Assembly (NCBI GenBank): GCA_963555825.3
Contig: CAUVXB020000001.1
Span: 1,632,001 to 1,696,000 of the forward strand
Direction of reading: 5' to 3'
Length of the DNA: 64,000 nt
DNA from: Alphaproteobacteria bacterium
GTDB lineage: Bacteria; Pseudomonadota; Alphaproteobacteria; JAAXGF01
The notes beneath the pieces are model-generated. The model ran no database searches and had not been told where the DNA came from. It saw nothing but the letters and a program-made list of their open reading frames with translations. A program made the translations under genes and the position numbers. Below, in pieces: positions 9,372 through 20,043 of the stretch. Position 1 is the stretch's first letter. Every line of letters starts with the position of its first letter.

Positions 9372-11216
9372 TTAGTCGATAATGTGGTGGACGGGGGCCT
9401 TCTCCATAGCCCATTCGCCGGATTCCGGATCGTAGCGAGATAAGGTGAAGCAATGCCAATCGGTGTCATCCAGCCTCGGATGATCGGCCCGATAGTAATA
9501 CCCCGGCCACCGCGTTTCCTCCCTGAACATCGTGTGCTGCGTCACACACTCCGAGGCCAAGACCCGGTGCTGAAGCTCCCACGCCCTCATGAGCTGGTGA
9601 AGGCTGTCGGCCCCGAGATGGGGCAGGTCTTCCTTCAGCATGCTCAGCAACTCCAGCCCGCGGGTGAGCATCGGTTCGTTGGTCAAGTAGTTGGTGCTGG
9701 TGCCGCCGACGTATTCGTCCATGATCTTCTCGAGACGCTGAAGACCCTGAATCGGCAGGAGATAGCTCGGCGATACGGTCCCGGCGACGATCTCGTTGCG
9801 GCCGATGGCGTAGTTCTCCATGGGCTGGTAGACCACCGTCTTGAGATCTTCGCACTCCGCCTCGTCGAGCCGGGGCTGGTCGTTACCCATGTCCTTGACG
9901 TAGCGGACCGCCGACTTCCCGGCGATCCGGCCTTCGGTGAAGGATCCAGACGAGAATTTGTGGGCGGTGCCGCCGATCGTGTCGCCGGCGCCGAAGAGGC
10001 CCTCGACGGTCATCATCCGGTTGTAGCCCCACTGGTAGTCTGCGGGCGCGTAGTCCTCCGGACCGCTCGCCCAGGCGCCTGAACAGGTGGCGTGGGAGCC
10101 CATGACGTAAGGCTCGGACATGATCAGCTCGGGGTTGGTTTCCTTGGGATCGATGTTCTGCGACGCCCAGACGACCGCCTGCCCGATCGTCATGCCCAGG
10201 AAGTTCTCCCAGCCAACCGTCTCCTTGTGCGGATCGGCGAAGGCCTCCTTCGTCACCATGCGGATGGGGCCTCTGCCGGCCTTGACCTCCTCTAGAAAGG
10301 CGTGGTTCCGCAGGCAGGTCGGCACCGGCTGGTGATCGACGTAATCGCCGACCAATTGCTTGATCGAGTCATACCAGGTGGCCTCGTAATTATCGCCATA
10401 CGCGTTTTCGGTGTACGTCTTGAGATGCAGGAAGTAGGCGCCGACCGGACCATAGCCGTCCTTGAATCTGGTGAGGACGATGCGGTTCTCCATCTGCGTC
10501 ATCTTGGCGCCGACTTGGATCGGCAGCGCGTAGGCGGAGGCGCTGCTCCACGGCGCATACCAGGTCCGCCCCATGCCCTCGCCGACCGAGTGGGGCTTGA
10601 AGATGTGCGATGCGCCACCGGCAGTTACGATGACTGCCTTGGACCGGAATACATAAAAATTTCCGTCACGGACGCTGAAGCCAACGGCCCCGGCGACCCT
10701 GTTGGGCCGCGTCTTGTCCATCAGCAGGTGGGTCACCATGATCCGGTTGTAGACCTCGGTGGCAGCCTTGCAAGCGGCCTCGGCGACGATCGGCTTGTAG
10801 CTCTCGCCGTGGATCATGATCTGCCATTTGCCCTCGCGCTTGTAGCGACCGGTTTCCTCGTCTTTCATGATCGGCAGGCCCCATTCCTCGAACATGTGCA
10901 CCGAGGAGTCGACATGCCGGGCGATATCGTAGCCCAGATCCTCCCGTACCAGACCCATGAGGTCGTTCCGCGCGTAGCGGACATGGTCTTCGGGCTGGTT
11001 CTCGTCCCACTGCATGCCCATGTAGCAGTTGATCGCATAGAGGCCTTGAGCGACGGCGCCGCTGCGCTCGATGTTCGCCTTCTCGACGACGACGACCCTT
11101 AGGTCGCGCCCCCAGTACCTGGATTCGTACGCCGCCCCGCAGCCGCCAAAGCCGCCGCCGATGACGAGGATATCCGAATCCACGAAGACCGTTTTTCTGG
11201 ATGTGAACAGACCCAT
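9372..11216 (-). CDS. aprA: Adenylylsulfate reductase alpha subunit
   Basis: True start ATG at 11216 (TAATG overlap with aprB); GGGFGGCG, ERSGAVAQG, WQIMIHGESYKP and FREETRWPGYY. Confidence 0.96.
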   Translation of the reverse strand: MGLFTSRKTVFVDSDILVIGGGFGGCGAAYESRYWGRDLRVVVVEKANIERSGAVAQGLYAINCYMGMQWDENQPEDHVRYARNDLMGLVREDLGYDIARHVDSSVHMFEEWGLPIMKDEETGRYKREGKWQIMIHGESYKPIVAEAACKAATEVYNRIMVTHLLMDKTRPNRVAGAVGFSVRDGNFYVFRSKAVIVTAGGASHIFKPHSVGEGMGRTWYAPWSSASAYALPIQVGAKMTQMENRIVLTRFKDGYGPVGAYFLHLKTYTENAYGDNYEATWYDSIKQLVGDYVDHQPVPTCLRNHAFLEEVKAGRGPIRMVTKEAFADPHKETVGWENFLGMTIGQAVVWASQNIDPKETNPELIMSEPYVMGSHATCSGAWASGPEDYAPADYQWGYNRMMTVEGLFGAGDTIGGTAHKFSSGSFTEGRIAGKSAVRYVKDMGNDQPRLDEAECEDLKTVVYQPMENYAIGRNEIVAGTVSPSYLLPIQGLQRLEKIMDEYVGGTSTNYLTNEPMLTRGLELLSMLKEDLPHLGADSLHQLMRAWELQHRVLASECVTQHTMFREETRWPGYYYRADHPRLDDTDWHCFTLSRYDPESGEWAMEKAPVHHIID

Positions 11217-11677
11217 TACTTCAATCTTTCCCGGCCTTTCCGCGGCGGCAGCGCGGGCAGCGCCTCGATGTGGAGCGCCTCGGGTTCGTGCGCGAGTTCC
11301 TGGCCCTTCAGGGCATCCGGGCTGGGCGCATCGTAATCGGACGGTGACTTGATCGATCCCCAGGGCGTCGTCCTGATCGGGGAAACGAAGTTCTTCTCGC
11401 GCCCGTCCCGGAACTTGATCTTCCAGGAGATGGTACCCTTCTCCTCCTCCCTGCGCACCCGGACGCTGTGGCCCAGGGGGGCGAAGTCGGCGTAGCCGCG
11501 CACGTCTATCGCATGCTGCGGACACGCCTTCACGCACGAGTAGCACTCCCAGCACATATTGGGCTCGATGTTGTAGGCACGCCGGTAGACCGGGTCGATG
11601 TGCATGATGTCGGACGGGCAGATATCGACGCACTGTCCGCAGCCGTCGCAACGCGTCATATAAACGAAAGTAGGCAT
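11216..11677 (-). CDS. aprB: Adenylylsulfate reductase beta subunit
   Basis: MPTFVYMTRCDGCGQCVDICP and CWECYSCVKACP: two 4Fe-4S motifs. Confidence 0.97.
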   Translation of the reverse strand: MPTFVYMTRCDGCGQCVDICPSDIMHIDPVYRRAYNIEPNMCWECYSCVKACPQHAIDVRGYADFAPLGHSVRVRREEEKGTISWKIKFRDGREKNFVSPIRTTPWGSIKSPSDYDAPSPDALKGQELAHEPEALHIEALPALPPRKGRERLK

Positions 11678-11681
11678 GCTA

Positions 11682-12440
11682 TTAGATTTCTCCTGTGCGG
11701 CTTTCGGCGGGGGCCGGCAGGTTGCTCGACCCGTTCGCCTCCTCGACCCTTTTCTGGAAGGCGGCTGCGGGCTTGTAGAACATATGTGAGAATTTGGACC
11801 ACGGAACCGACACGAAGAGCACCGTCGTGGAGAGGATGTACAGAGCCAGGAACAGGTTCGTCCACACGGCGTTGCCGGTCGTCTGCACGAACGCCCATAC
11901 CAGGCCCAACGTCACGCTCGCCAGAAGCGAGACGACAAACAGGTCGGCGCGCATCAGGCGGAACGGCGATTTGCCCTCGTAGGCGACGTCGACCCTGAGG
12001 AAGAACCAGAACCAGTAGCCGCCGACCAGGACCATCAGGGCCCCGATGTTCCACAGCGCCGGCAGGACGGCGGGCGCGGGCGTCTCGGGCGTTGGGTACG
12101 AGAACACCATGATGACGGTCGTGATGATGTACGCCAGGAAGCCGTAGAACGACAGGAGGTGCGCGATCCTGCGCCTCACCTTGCAGAACTCGCCGGACGT
12201 CAGGACCTCCACCACGGCGGTCCGGATCGCCAAGGACGTCATCTCCCCGCCGCCGAGCTGCCGCGTCGCTTTAGCCTTCGAATCCCGCCACGCGCGGAAG
12301 AAGTACGTGGCGCTCTTCTTGTGAAACATGTCGAACAGCGTGCCACCCACGACCATGAGCGTCATGACGACGATATACGTCTGCATGACGCTGGGTGGTA
12401 TGAGCGCCGAAAGCTCGGCGAAGGGATTGCTGGTGAACAT
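11682..12440 (-). CDS. aprM: APS reductase membrane anchor AprM
   Basis: Multi-TM protein directly upstream of aprB; HKKSA, GEFC and VPWSKFSHMFYKP motifs. Confidence 0.88.
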   Translation of the reverse strand: MFTSNPFAELSALIPPSVMQTYIVVMTLMVVGGTLFDMFHKKSATYFFRAWRDSKAKATRQLGGGEMTSLAIRTAVVEVLTSGEFCKVRRRIAHLLSFYGFLAYIITTVIMVFSYPTPETPAPAVLPALWNIGALMVLVGGYWFWFFLRVDVAYEGKSPFRLMRADLFVVSLLASVTLGLVWAFVQTTGNAVWTNLFLALYILSTTVLFVSVPWSKFSHMFYKPAAAFQKRVEEANGSSNLPAPAESRTGEI

Positions 12441-12593
12441 TAAATCACCCCAATGTCAGCCAGTTATCATCAACGCAGGGACCGATGGCATCACGCCCTC
12501 TCCTGCCCCGCGATGTACATATGGTCCGGGGTAGATAGACCAGCTCGGTTGGTTGATTTCCAAGGTGCCCATTTTGACCGGGCCAAGCAACGC

Positions 12594-13188
12594 TTAAAGT
12601 TGTCGCGGCCTTGTCTCGGACCGGGCCAGGGTGTTCCTCTCGGCCATTGCGCCGAGGGACGGATCGCCACGCATCGGCGCGTCGAGGCCGACCGTCGGCT
12701 CGTCGAGTATGAGCACCCGCGGTTCGTCCATCAATGCCCGGGCGATCTCGAGGCGACGGCGATACCCGCCGCTCAGCACGCGTACCTAGTCGCACTCGCG
12801 GCCGGCGAGGCCAAGCCGGTCGAGACAGATGCACGCCCGCTGGCGCGCCCGCCGGCCGGCGATGCCGTGGAGCGCGGCAAAATAGAGCAAATTCTGGCGC
12901 ACGCTGAGGTCGAGATCGAGCGTCGGCTGCTGGAACACGACGCCGATCCGGGACAAGACGGCGCGTGCATCCTCGGCGACGTCGACGCCGAGAACCGTGA
13001 TCCGGCCCGACCGGGCAACGAACAACCCGGTGAGCAGCGCGACGAGCGTCGATTTGCCGGCGCCGTTTGGCCCGATCAACGCCGTGAAGTGTCCGGGTGA
13101 CGCGGACAACGACACACCGTCGAGAGCGACAGTGCTGCCGTAGCTGTAGCCGACGCCGACGCCGGACGATACCCGGTGCGTTATTCAT
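12594..13188 (-). pseudogene. ABC transporter ATP-binding subunit remnant
   Basis: GPNGAGKST, LSGG and [11 protein letters not shown] present; frameshift near the start, in-frame TAG at 12786-12788, truncated after Walker B. Confidence 0.82.
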
Positions 13189-13346
13189 GGCTCCCTCGAT
13201 AGTGGATTCCGGCGCGCAGAAATGGCGCTTTCCGTTGCGCGCCGGCCGTTCGTCGAATTGTCAATTGACTCGACCGCCCGTCACGGGGCAAGAATAGGGG
13301 GTCGACGACACAATTGCGTTGGCCAAAAATCGTCGGGAGGTGAAAC

Positions 13347-13427
13347 ATGAAGAAGTGGAAGCGTCCCGTGATTCGGGAAATCCGGGTCGGCATGGAGATC
13401 AACCTTTACGTGTGCGCCGAGCTGTAG
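13347..13427 (+). CDS. pqqA: PQQ precursor peptide MKKWKRPVIREIRVGMEINLYVCAEL
   Basis: Not in the ORF track; RBS GGAGG; W..P and E-x-x-x-Y motifs; directly upstream of pqqB. Confidence 0.93.
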   Translation: MKKWKRPVIREIRVGMEINLYVCAEL

Positions 13428-13470
13428 AGGCTGAAATTCTCTGGCGGCCACGGGCTCGACTGCTTGTCCC

Positions 13471-14403
13471 GTGATCCGCGTTCTCGTTCTCGGTGCGGCC
13501 GCCGGCGGCGGCTTTCCCCAATGGAATAGCAACAGCGAGGCGTGCCGGCGTGCGCGATGCGGCGATAAGGCTGCGCGCCCGGCGACGCAAGCGTCGATTG
13601 CCGTCAGCGCCGATGACGAGCATTGGTTTGTCATCAACGCGGCGCCTGACCTGCGTGAGCAGATCAATAACCAGCCCACGCTCCATCCCAAGCATGGCTT
13701 GCGTTCCTCGCCGATCGCCGGCGTCGTGCTGACCAACGGCGATGTCGACGCGGTCGCCGGCCTGTTGCATCTTCGCGAACGCACATCCTTTGTCATCTAT
13801 GGCCACCCACGTATCCTCGCGGTGCTCGATCGCAACCCGATATTCGGCGTACTGGCGCCCGACGTGGTGACGCGTCAGGCGCTTGCGACCGGCGAGGCCT
13901 GCCGGCTTTCCGGTCCCGATAACGTCGACGCCGGGCTCGAGGTGACGCCGATCACGGTGCCGGGCAAGGTCGCGCTTTACATGGAAGACGCGGCCAAGGG
14001 CGAGGCGTTCGGAACCGAGGAAGGCGACACCATCGGCCTCGACATCGCCGATGCGGACGGCGCCCGGTTGGTTTACATCGCCAACTGCGCCGCGGTCGAC
14101 GATCGAGTGCGGTCGTTTGCCGCGGGCGCGTCGGTCTTGTTCTTCGACGGCACGCTGTGGCATGACGGCGAGATGGTCAGCAGTGGCGAAGGACATAAGA
14201 CGGGACAGCGTATGGGCCACATTTCGATGTCGGGCCCCGAGGGCACGATCGAGGCCTTTGCCGACGTCGACATCGGCCGACGCATCTTCATCCACATCAA
14301 CAACACCAACCCCGCCTTGCTCGCCGACAGCGAAGAGCGGCGGACACTCGAGGCGCGCGGCTGGGAGGTCGCCTACGACGGCATGGCGTTGACGCTGTCA
14401 TGA
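13471..14403 (+). CDS. pqqB: PQQ biosynthesis protein B
   Basis: LGAAAGGGFPQWN, MGH and IHINNTNP motifs. Confidence 0.96.
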   Translation: MIRVLVLGAAAGGGFPQWNSNSEACRRARCGDKAARPATQASIAVSADDEHWFVINAAPDLREQINNQPTLHPKHGLRSSPIAGVVLTNGDVDAVAGLLHLRERTSFVIYGHPRILAVLDRNPIFGVLAPDVVTRQALATGEACRLSGPDNVDAGLEVTPITVPGKVALYMEDAAKGEAFGTEEGDTIGLDIADADGARLVYIANCAAVDDRVRSFAAGASVLFFDGTLWHDGEMVSSGEGHKTGQRMGHISMSGPEGTIEAFADVDIGRRIFIHINNTNPALLADSEERRTLEARGWEVAYDGMALTLS

Positions 14404-15128
14404 CCGGAAACGGCGGTGAGGACCTCGAAACCCGGCTGCGCCAGATCGGCGCCGAACGTTACCACGACCGGCACCCGTTTCACGCGCTGATGCGCGACGG
14501 CAAGCTCACCAAGGGCCAAATTCAGGCCTGGGCGCTCAACCGCTACTATTATCAGAGCCGCATTCCGATCAAGGATTCGGCGCTCATGTCGCGCCTCCTC
14601 GATCCCGAGTTGCGCTGCATCTGGTCGCAGCGCGTGATCGACCACGACGGCACCCGCGAGGGGCGCGGCGGTCTCGAGAAATGGCTGCATCTCTGCGATC
14701 GGCTCGGTTTCGAGCGCGACTATGTCGTGTCCGAGGCGGGCATTCTTCCGGCGACCAAATTCGCCGTGAACGCCTATGTCGATTTCGTCCGCGAGCGTCC
14801 ACTGCTCGAGGCGATCGCGTCTTCACTGACCGAGATGTTCTCGCCGCGCATCATCGGCGAGCGCGTCGCGGCCATGCTGGAGAATTATGATTTCGTCGAC
14901 GACGACATGCTGGTCTATTTCAGCGCGCGACTCGATCAGGCGCCACGCGATGCCGATTTCGCTCTCGATTATGTCAAGCGGCACGCGCGCACCGAAGCCG
15001 AGCAGCAGGCGGTGTGCGATGCGCTGGTCTTCAAGACAGATGTGCTGTGGGCCCAGCTCGACGCGCTCTATTTCGCCTATGTCGAGCCCGGGCTCGCGCC
15101 GCCTGGCGCCTTCGTGCCGGATGCCTAG
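14400..15128 (+). CDS. pqqC: PQQ synthase
   Basis: YHDRHPFH, WALNRYYYQ.RIP.KD and LW.QLDAL motifs. Confidence 0.96.
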   Translation: MTGNGGEDLETRLRQIGAERYHDRHPFHALMRDGKLTKGQIQAWALNRYYYQSRIPIKDSALMSRLLDPELRCIWSQRVIDHDGTREGRGGLEKWLHLCDRLGFERDYVVSEAGILPATKFAVNAYVDFVRERPLLEAIASSLTEMFSPRIIGERVAAMLENYDFVDDDMLVYFSARLDQAPRDADFALDYVKRHARTEAEQQAVCDALVFKTDVLWAQLDALYFAYVEPGLAPPGAFVPDA

Positions 15129-15133
15129 CGGGG

Positions 15134-15451
15134 ATGCGCGTGACAGAGTCACCGAATATCGACCCGACCCATTGCCCACGGCTCGCATCCTTCGTGCGCC
15201 AGCAGTACGACGAGACACGCGAGAGCTGGGTGCTCCAGGCGCCAGAGCGCGTGCTGGTGCTCGACGAAACCAGCAAGGAGATTCTCGACCTGTGCGATGG
15301 GTCGACGGCCGTCGAGGCGATCGTTGCACGGCTCGCGGCGACCTACGACGCGCCGCATGACGTCATTGCGCATGACGTGCATGCTGTTTTGAACCTCCTG
15401 GCCGAGAAGAACCTGCTTGATCACGGAGACGACGTGGCGGGCGGCGATTAG
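15134..15451 (+). CDS. pqqD: PQQ peptide chaperone (RRE)
   Basis: WVLQAPER...IL.LCDG motif; lies between pqqC and pqqE; start inferred. Confidence 0.9.
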   Translation: MRVTESPNIDPTHCPRLASFVRQQYDETRESWVLQAPERVLVLDETSKEILDLCDGSTAVEAIVARLAATYDAPHDVIAHDVHAVLNLLAEKNLLDHGDDVAGGD

Positions 15452-15504
15452 GACTACATTGGCACGGCCATGGCACATGCATACGCGAGGGACCGAAAGG
15501 ACGG

Positions 15505-16617
15505 ATGAGCGTCGCCGGAACAGAGCCAGCGCGTGACGTGGCGGCGCTCAAGCCGCCGCTCGGCATGCTCGCCGAGCTGACCCATCGATGCCCGCTGCAG
15601 TGCCCCTACTGCTCGAACCCGGTCGAGCTGGTGCGCCGGAGCGGTGAGCTCTCGACCGAAGAATGGGCCGACGTCTTCCGGCAGGCGGGCGCGATGGGCG
15701 TCCTGCAGGTCCATCTCTCGGGCGGCGAGCCGACGGCGCGCAAGGATATGCCCGAACTGATCGCCGTCGCGCGGGATGCCGGTCTCTACACCAACCTGAT
15801 CACGGCGGGCGTGCTGCTGACACGCGAATCGCTCGGCCGCCTCGTCGAGGCTGGACTCGACCACGTCCAGCTCAGCCTACAAGACAGTGTCGCCGACAAC
15901 GCCGAGCGCATCGGCAACTTCCGGGGCGGCCACGCCAAGAAGATCTAGGTCGCCGGCTGGGTCGTCGCGGCTGGGCTGCCGCTCACGGTCAACGTGGTCG
16001 TGCACCGCCAGAACCTCGACCACCTCGACGAGATCATCGACATGGCGCAGGACTTGCGCGCCCACCGGCTCGAGATCGCCCATACCCAGTACTATGGCTG
16101 GGCGCTGCGCAACCGCCACAACCTGATGCCGACCCGCGCCCAGGTCGAGCGCGCCAATGCCACGGCTGAGTCGGCCGAGGTACGCTGCCGCGGCCGCATG
16201 GTCATCGACTATGTCGTGCCCGATTATTTCGCGCGCCGTCCGAAGCGCTGCATGGACGGCTGGGGCAATCAGTTTTTCGCCGTTTCACCGCGTGGCAACA
16301 TGTTGCCTTGCCATGCCGCCGAGACGATCACGGGGCTCGAATTTTCCTCGGTGCGCGATCACGCGCTGCGCTGGATTTGGGAGAATGACGCGGCATTCCA
16401 GAAGTTCCGCGGCACGGCGTGGATGCCCGAGCCCTGCCGCAGCTGCGATCGCCGCGACCTCGATCTCGGCGGCTGTCGCTGCCAGGCCTTCGCATTGCTC
16501 GGCGATGCGAGTGCCACCGACCCGGTCTGCGAGCTGTCACCCCGACACGATGTCGTTGTCGCGCTCGCCGAACGGGGTGACCCCTCGAAACAGCCGGACT
16601 ACATCTATCGACGGTAG
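15505..16617 (+). pseudogene. pqqE: PqqE radical SAM enzyme with an in-frame TAG at 15946-15948
   Basis: [17 protein letters not shown] and SPASM cysteines; both halves are in the same frame. Confidence 0.92.
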
Positions 16618-16961
16618 CAGGCAGACGTTGTCCGGCAATCACGATGTACGGCGCGAGCCGATCCGATGGTTGAAAGTCTATGTGATTTGGGGGGTACCCC
16701 CGTCACCGATAAATAAACCGGCGCCGTCGATAAGCAGAGGCGCCCTAAGTTGAGCGCCCGGTTAGTCACGTAACTGTTTCCCGCAGCAAACCGCGCTGCA
16801 GCCTGCTCGGTTCGGATCCAACGGCCCAGAGAGCGGCGTGTTCCGCCAACGTCCGCTCAGAGTCCTGGCTGTGTGAACACGTCGGCGGTGCCACGAAGGC
16901 CAACGATATCGTGGAGCGCGGTGATATGGTTGGGCGCACGGTGTGGCTGCTTGATATCCAC

Positions 16962-17675
16962 TTAGCGTTCTTGGGAACGTCGTACGAGCCCCTCGAGTGA
17001 CGCAACATCCAAGATACAAATTGAGCCGTGCTCGTGAACGATGATGCCTTGTGCCTCGAGGGCGCGTAGACCCTTGTTGACGCTCTCACGCGTCACGCCC
17101 AACATTTGGCCAAGATTTTCCTGCGTTAATTTTATGTCGATCGTAATGCCTTCCCGGGTCGGCTTTCCATACCGACTCACGAGCGTGAGCAACCGCTTCG
17201 CCAACCTGTGAGGGAAATCCAGGAAAATCGTGTCCTCGATAATATCACTCGTCCATCGGATCCGCTCACAGAGAACCCTCATCAATCGGATGCTGAGCTT
17301 CGGGTTCCTTTCGAGAAAGGGTAGGAAGTCAGCCTGATCGACCCGCATTAACTCGGCCGGATCGAGTGCCATGGCGCCAGCCGTTCGTTCCTTTCCATCG
17401 AGGAGCGCTATCTCACCGAAGACCTCGCCCGGACCCAAGATGTTGAGAAATATCTCCTTGCCACCCTCCGACGTCGTCGTGATCCCGATGCGGCCACTCA
17501 CAATCGCGTAGAGACTGTCTCCAGGGTCGCCCTTCAGGAAAACGACATCCTTCGCCGCATAGCGCTGCACGCGCGACAGAGCGATCAGCTCATCCAACAT
17601 TTCCGGCTCGAGCTGCCCAAACAGGCGATTTTTCGAGAGCGCCGCCGTGACGCCCGCCGTTGATCGGCGATTCAC
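16962..17675 (-). CDS. Crp/Fnr-family regulator with cNMP-binding domain
   Basis: FGEIALLD...RTA cNMP pocket and C-terminal HTH TQENLGQMLGVTRESVNK. Confidence 0.92.
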   Translation of the reverse strand: MNRRSTAGVTAALSKNRLFGQLEPEMLDELIALSRVQRYAAKDVVFLKGDPGDSLYAIVSGRIGITTTSEGGKEIFLNILGPGEVFGEIALLDGKERTAGAMALDPAELMRVDQADFLPFLERNPKLSIRLMRVLCERIRWTSDIIEDTIFLDFPHRLAKRLLTLVSRYGKPTREGITIDIKLTQENLGQMLGVTRESVNKGLRALEAQGIIVHEHGSICILDVASLEGLVRRSQER

Positions 17676-17804
17676 ACCAGGTCACCTCTCGCAAGTCGTT
17701 CAGCGCATCACGGCCGACCGCACAGTGACCGTGGCGGAGTGTCTTTTTGGAGAGTGTCTCAGCGATCGAGGTTCGCACGAACCGAGTTTGTTAACAAGGT
17801 TCCG

Positions 17805-18560
17805 TCAAACGGGCCCGAGTGGGCTGTCCTGCGCCGCGGCAAGGCGGGCCGCCCGCTCCCAAAGGGTGGTGTGTTCGAAGTGGAACTGGGCCGGGTGGCG
17901 GCTGGCATCGGCGCGCACTTGAACCCGCATCGTGCGCAGCATCAAGAGCGCATCCTCTCGCTTCTGGTCGACCCGACCGTTAGGGAGCCACTGCCGGAAC
18001 GCGTGCAACTCCTCGCCCGGAAGGCGGCATCGCTTGCCTTCTTCCAACATGGCGGCGAACGTCCTCTCACGGTACGGGAGGCCTTTGGCGATCACTTCGA
18101 GTCGCTCGCGTGTCTCCTGGAAAACCACGCCCTCGAGAGCAGCGTCCGAAAGCGTCCGCCTGATGTTGACCATCGCCTCCGATAGAACCGGGTAACCAAA
18201 CTCAGCCGGCCCGTGGATGACCGCCACCTCGTCGTCATCTTCCAAGACCCCTTCACGGAAGGCTTCGAAGATGGCGCCTACCCCTTCCATGCCGAATGCC
18301 GCGAGCTCGGCTGCCCGCAGCGCCCCCATACTCGCCGCGCCAAACACGCGAATGCCTCGGTTCAAGGCGTATAGAATTTCCTTATGCCAAACGCTGGGGA
18401 CGCACTCGAAATAGCCGTCGATGATACCGATCGCAGTCGGATTCTCGCACGCCGCCCGGTAGACGTCGCCCTCCGAGACGGGCGGAAGATAAACCGCCTC
18501 GAGTGCGTTCCGCGCCTCAAACGGCGGCAGCGACGGTCCGGTCATGACGAAGACCGTCAT
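17805..18560 (-). CDS. tfuA: TfuA-like protein
   Basis: IIDGYFE..PSVWHKEI, GAASMGALRAAEL and DDDEVAV.H motifs; overlaps the ycaO stop. Confidence 0.93.
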   Translation of the reverse strand: MTVFVMTGPSLPPFEARNALEAVYLPPVSEGDVYRAACENPTAIGIIDGYFECVPSVWHKEILYALNRGIRVFGAASMGALRAAELAAFGMEGVGAIFEAFREGVLEDDDEVAVIHGPAEFGYPVLSEAMVNIRRTLSDAALEGVVFQETRERLEVIAKGLPYRERTFAAMLEEGKRCRLPGEELHAFRQWLPNGRVDQKREDALLMLRTMRVQVRADASRHPAQFHFEHTTLWERAARLAAAQDSPLGPV

Positions 18561-19834
18561 GCGTCGCCTCGCAGACGCGCCCGGGCACGCTCGCCGGGGG
18601 CGTAGTTGAACGAGCTATCGACGCCCTCGAGCCCGGGAATGACGACGCGTACCACGGGGATGCCGAACTCTTCCTTGGTCAGGTCGACCACGATGACCTC
18701 GCCGATGCCGACCGAGGCCAAGCGGGCGCACGCCCAATCCACGTCGTCCTCGAAGCGATCGCCGTTCCACGTGTCGACGTCTGCGAAGCTCCGGCATGGC
18801 TCGCCGCGTTCGATGCACGACAGCCACGAGGCATGCGTCTCGGCATCGAGGAATTCGTCATATTCGGCGCGCCACAGGTCGTCGCGCGCGCCGGAAATGA
18901 AGGTCAGGCGGCTCTGGGCGGCCTCGGTGAGCGCCCTGGCGAGCGCCACGTCGCGCGACGCGTGGCAGCCCATGCCGCTCGCCGGTCGACTGCCGTTCGC
19001 CGGCGGCGCGGCCCGTTGGACAATACGGCACAGGAACGCGGGAATGCCGACGTCGGATGTCACGTCCCAGACGCCGACCTCGACGTCGGCTGCCGCGTAT
19101 TTGTCCAGCAGGTCGCGGCAGCCGGGATCGTCGACCGTGCCGAGGTCGATTCGCGTCTGCCCTTGGCCGTCTTCATCGAGCAGGTGCCAGAGCGTGACCG
19201 CGTCCCGTTCGACGACCTCGCAGATCGCGTGGCTGATTGCCTCGAGCCGGTGATTGCCCGAAGCCAGCCCGTTCGAGCTCGCGACGAAGCAGCCGTGACC
19301 GGACGGCAGCGGCAGCGTGTAGTTCAGGTGGACCAACTCGTAGGGCACCCAGACCTCGCGGTCGCCGAGCAGGTCCCGACCGCCGACCCAAAGCAGCTGC
19401 TTGTATGGCGTGAAGCGGCTGTCGACGAGCCTGGAAAGCCGATCGACATCGACCAGGCTATGGCTGTAGCGGAGGTCCTCGACGCTGCCGAGCTTGAGCG
19501 GCAAGGCGATGCGCTCGGCGTGATAGGACTCGATCGATTCCATCAGGCCCGACGCCTTGGCCGCGTCGACGTCGAGCCCCTTGCCCTGGGAAACGGAAAT
19601 CGACCGCGAGTTGGGCCGGCTCACCATGACGACGGGAATGCCGACGGTGTCGAGCCCGGTCACGTTGGCGATGCGGGTGATGCCCATGACGGGCATGAAA
19701 TGGCGGACCCGCTCGACGGTCTCGCGCGGCGGCACGAGGCGATGGGTGCCCGCCGTGAAGCCCTTGCGCGCGCCGGCGGCAACGCCTTCGACCGGCTCGT
19801 GTCCGACACGCGCTATGCTCACCGAGAGCGCCAT
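18557..19834 (-). CDS. ycaO: YcaO-family ATP-dependent backbone-modifying enzyme (TfuA-associated, thioamide-forming type)
   Basis: SQGKG, MESIE, SNGLASGN, EVVERDA, TEAAQSR and VVIPGLE; start placed at ATG 19834 after a GGGGAG RBS. Confidence 0.93.
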   Translation of the reverse strand: MALSVSIARVGHEPVEGVAAGARKGFTAGTHRLVPPRETVERVRHFMPVMGITRIANVTGLDTVGIPVVMVSRPNSRSISVSQGKGLDVDAAKASGLMESIESYHAERIALPLKLGSVEDLRYSHSLVDVDRLSRLVDSRFTPYKQLLWVGGRDLLGDREVWVPYELVHLNYTLPLPSGHGCFVASSNGLASGNHRLEAISHAICEVVERDAVTLWHLLDEDGQGQTRIDLGTVDDPGCRDLLDKYAAADVEVGVWDVTSDVGIPAFLCRIVQRAAPPANGSRPASGMGCHASRDVALARALTEAAQSRLTFISGARDDLWRAEYDEFLDAETHASWLSCIERGEPCRSFADVDTWNGDRFEDDVDWACARLASVGIGEVIVVDLTKEEFGIPVVRVVIPGLEGVDSSFNYAPGERARARLRGDA

Positions 19835-20043
19835 CGACTCCCCTGTCCTTGGCCCTGGCCCGATAGGCGCGCCGGACCCTTGGATGAACGCACTCCCTCT
19901 ATGCGGCCGCGCGAGACGCGCCGCACGCACCAATCACTCGTACTGGCGATGCACTCCGAATCGGCGGCCCGACAAGCGGCCAGACCCGACTACGCCCGAC
20001 CGACCGCGTCGTTTTTGGCGCCGATCATCGAGCGGGCTCCGAG

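Noticed and set aside
7471-9375. 634-aa + strand ORF and similar long antisense ORFs (e.g. 3567-4895, 49719-51311, 59441-60937)
   Set aside because: Shadow frames of real genes in GC-rich DNA, with no recognisable motifs
9372-11651. 759-aa AprA with a long N-terminal extension
   Set aside because: The extension overlaps aprB in another frame; homology starts at ATG 11216
8038-19834. apr/sat as the dedicated sulfur supply for YcaO-TfuA
   Set aside because: They are separated by the pqq operon, and oxidative Apr/Sat does not produce sulfide; proximity is the only evidence
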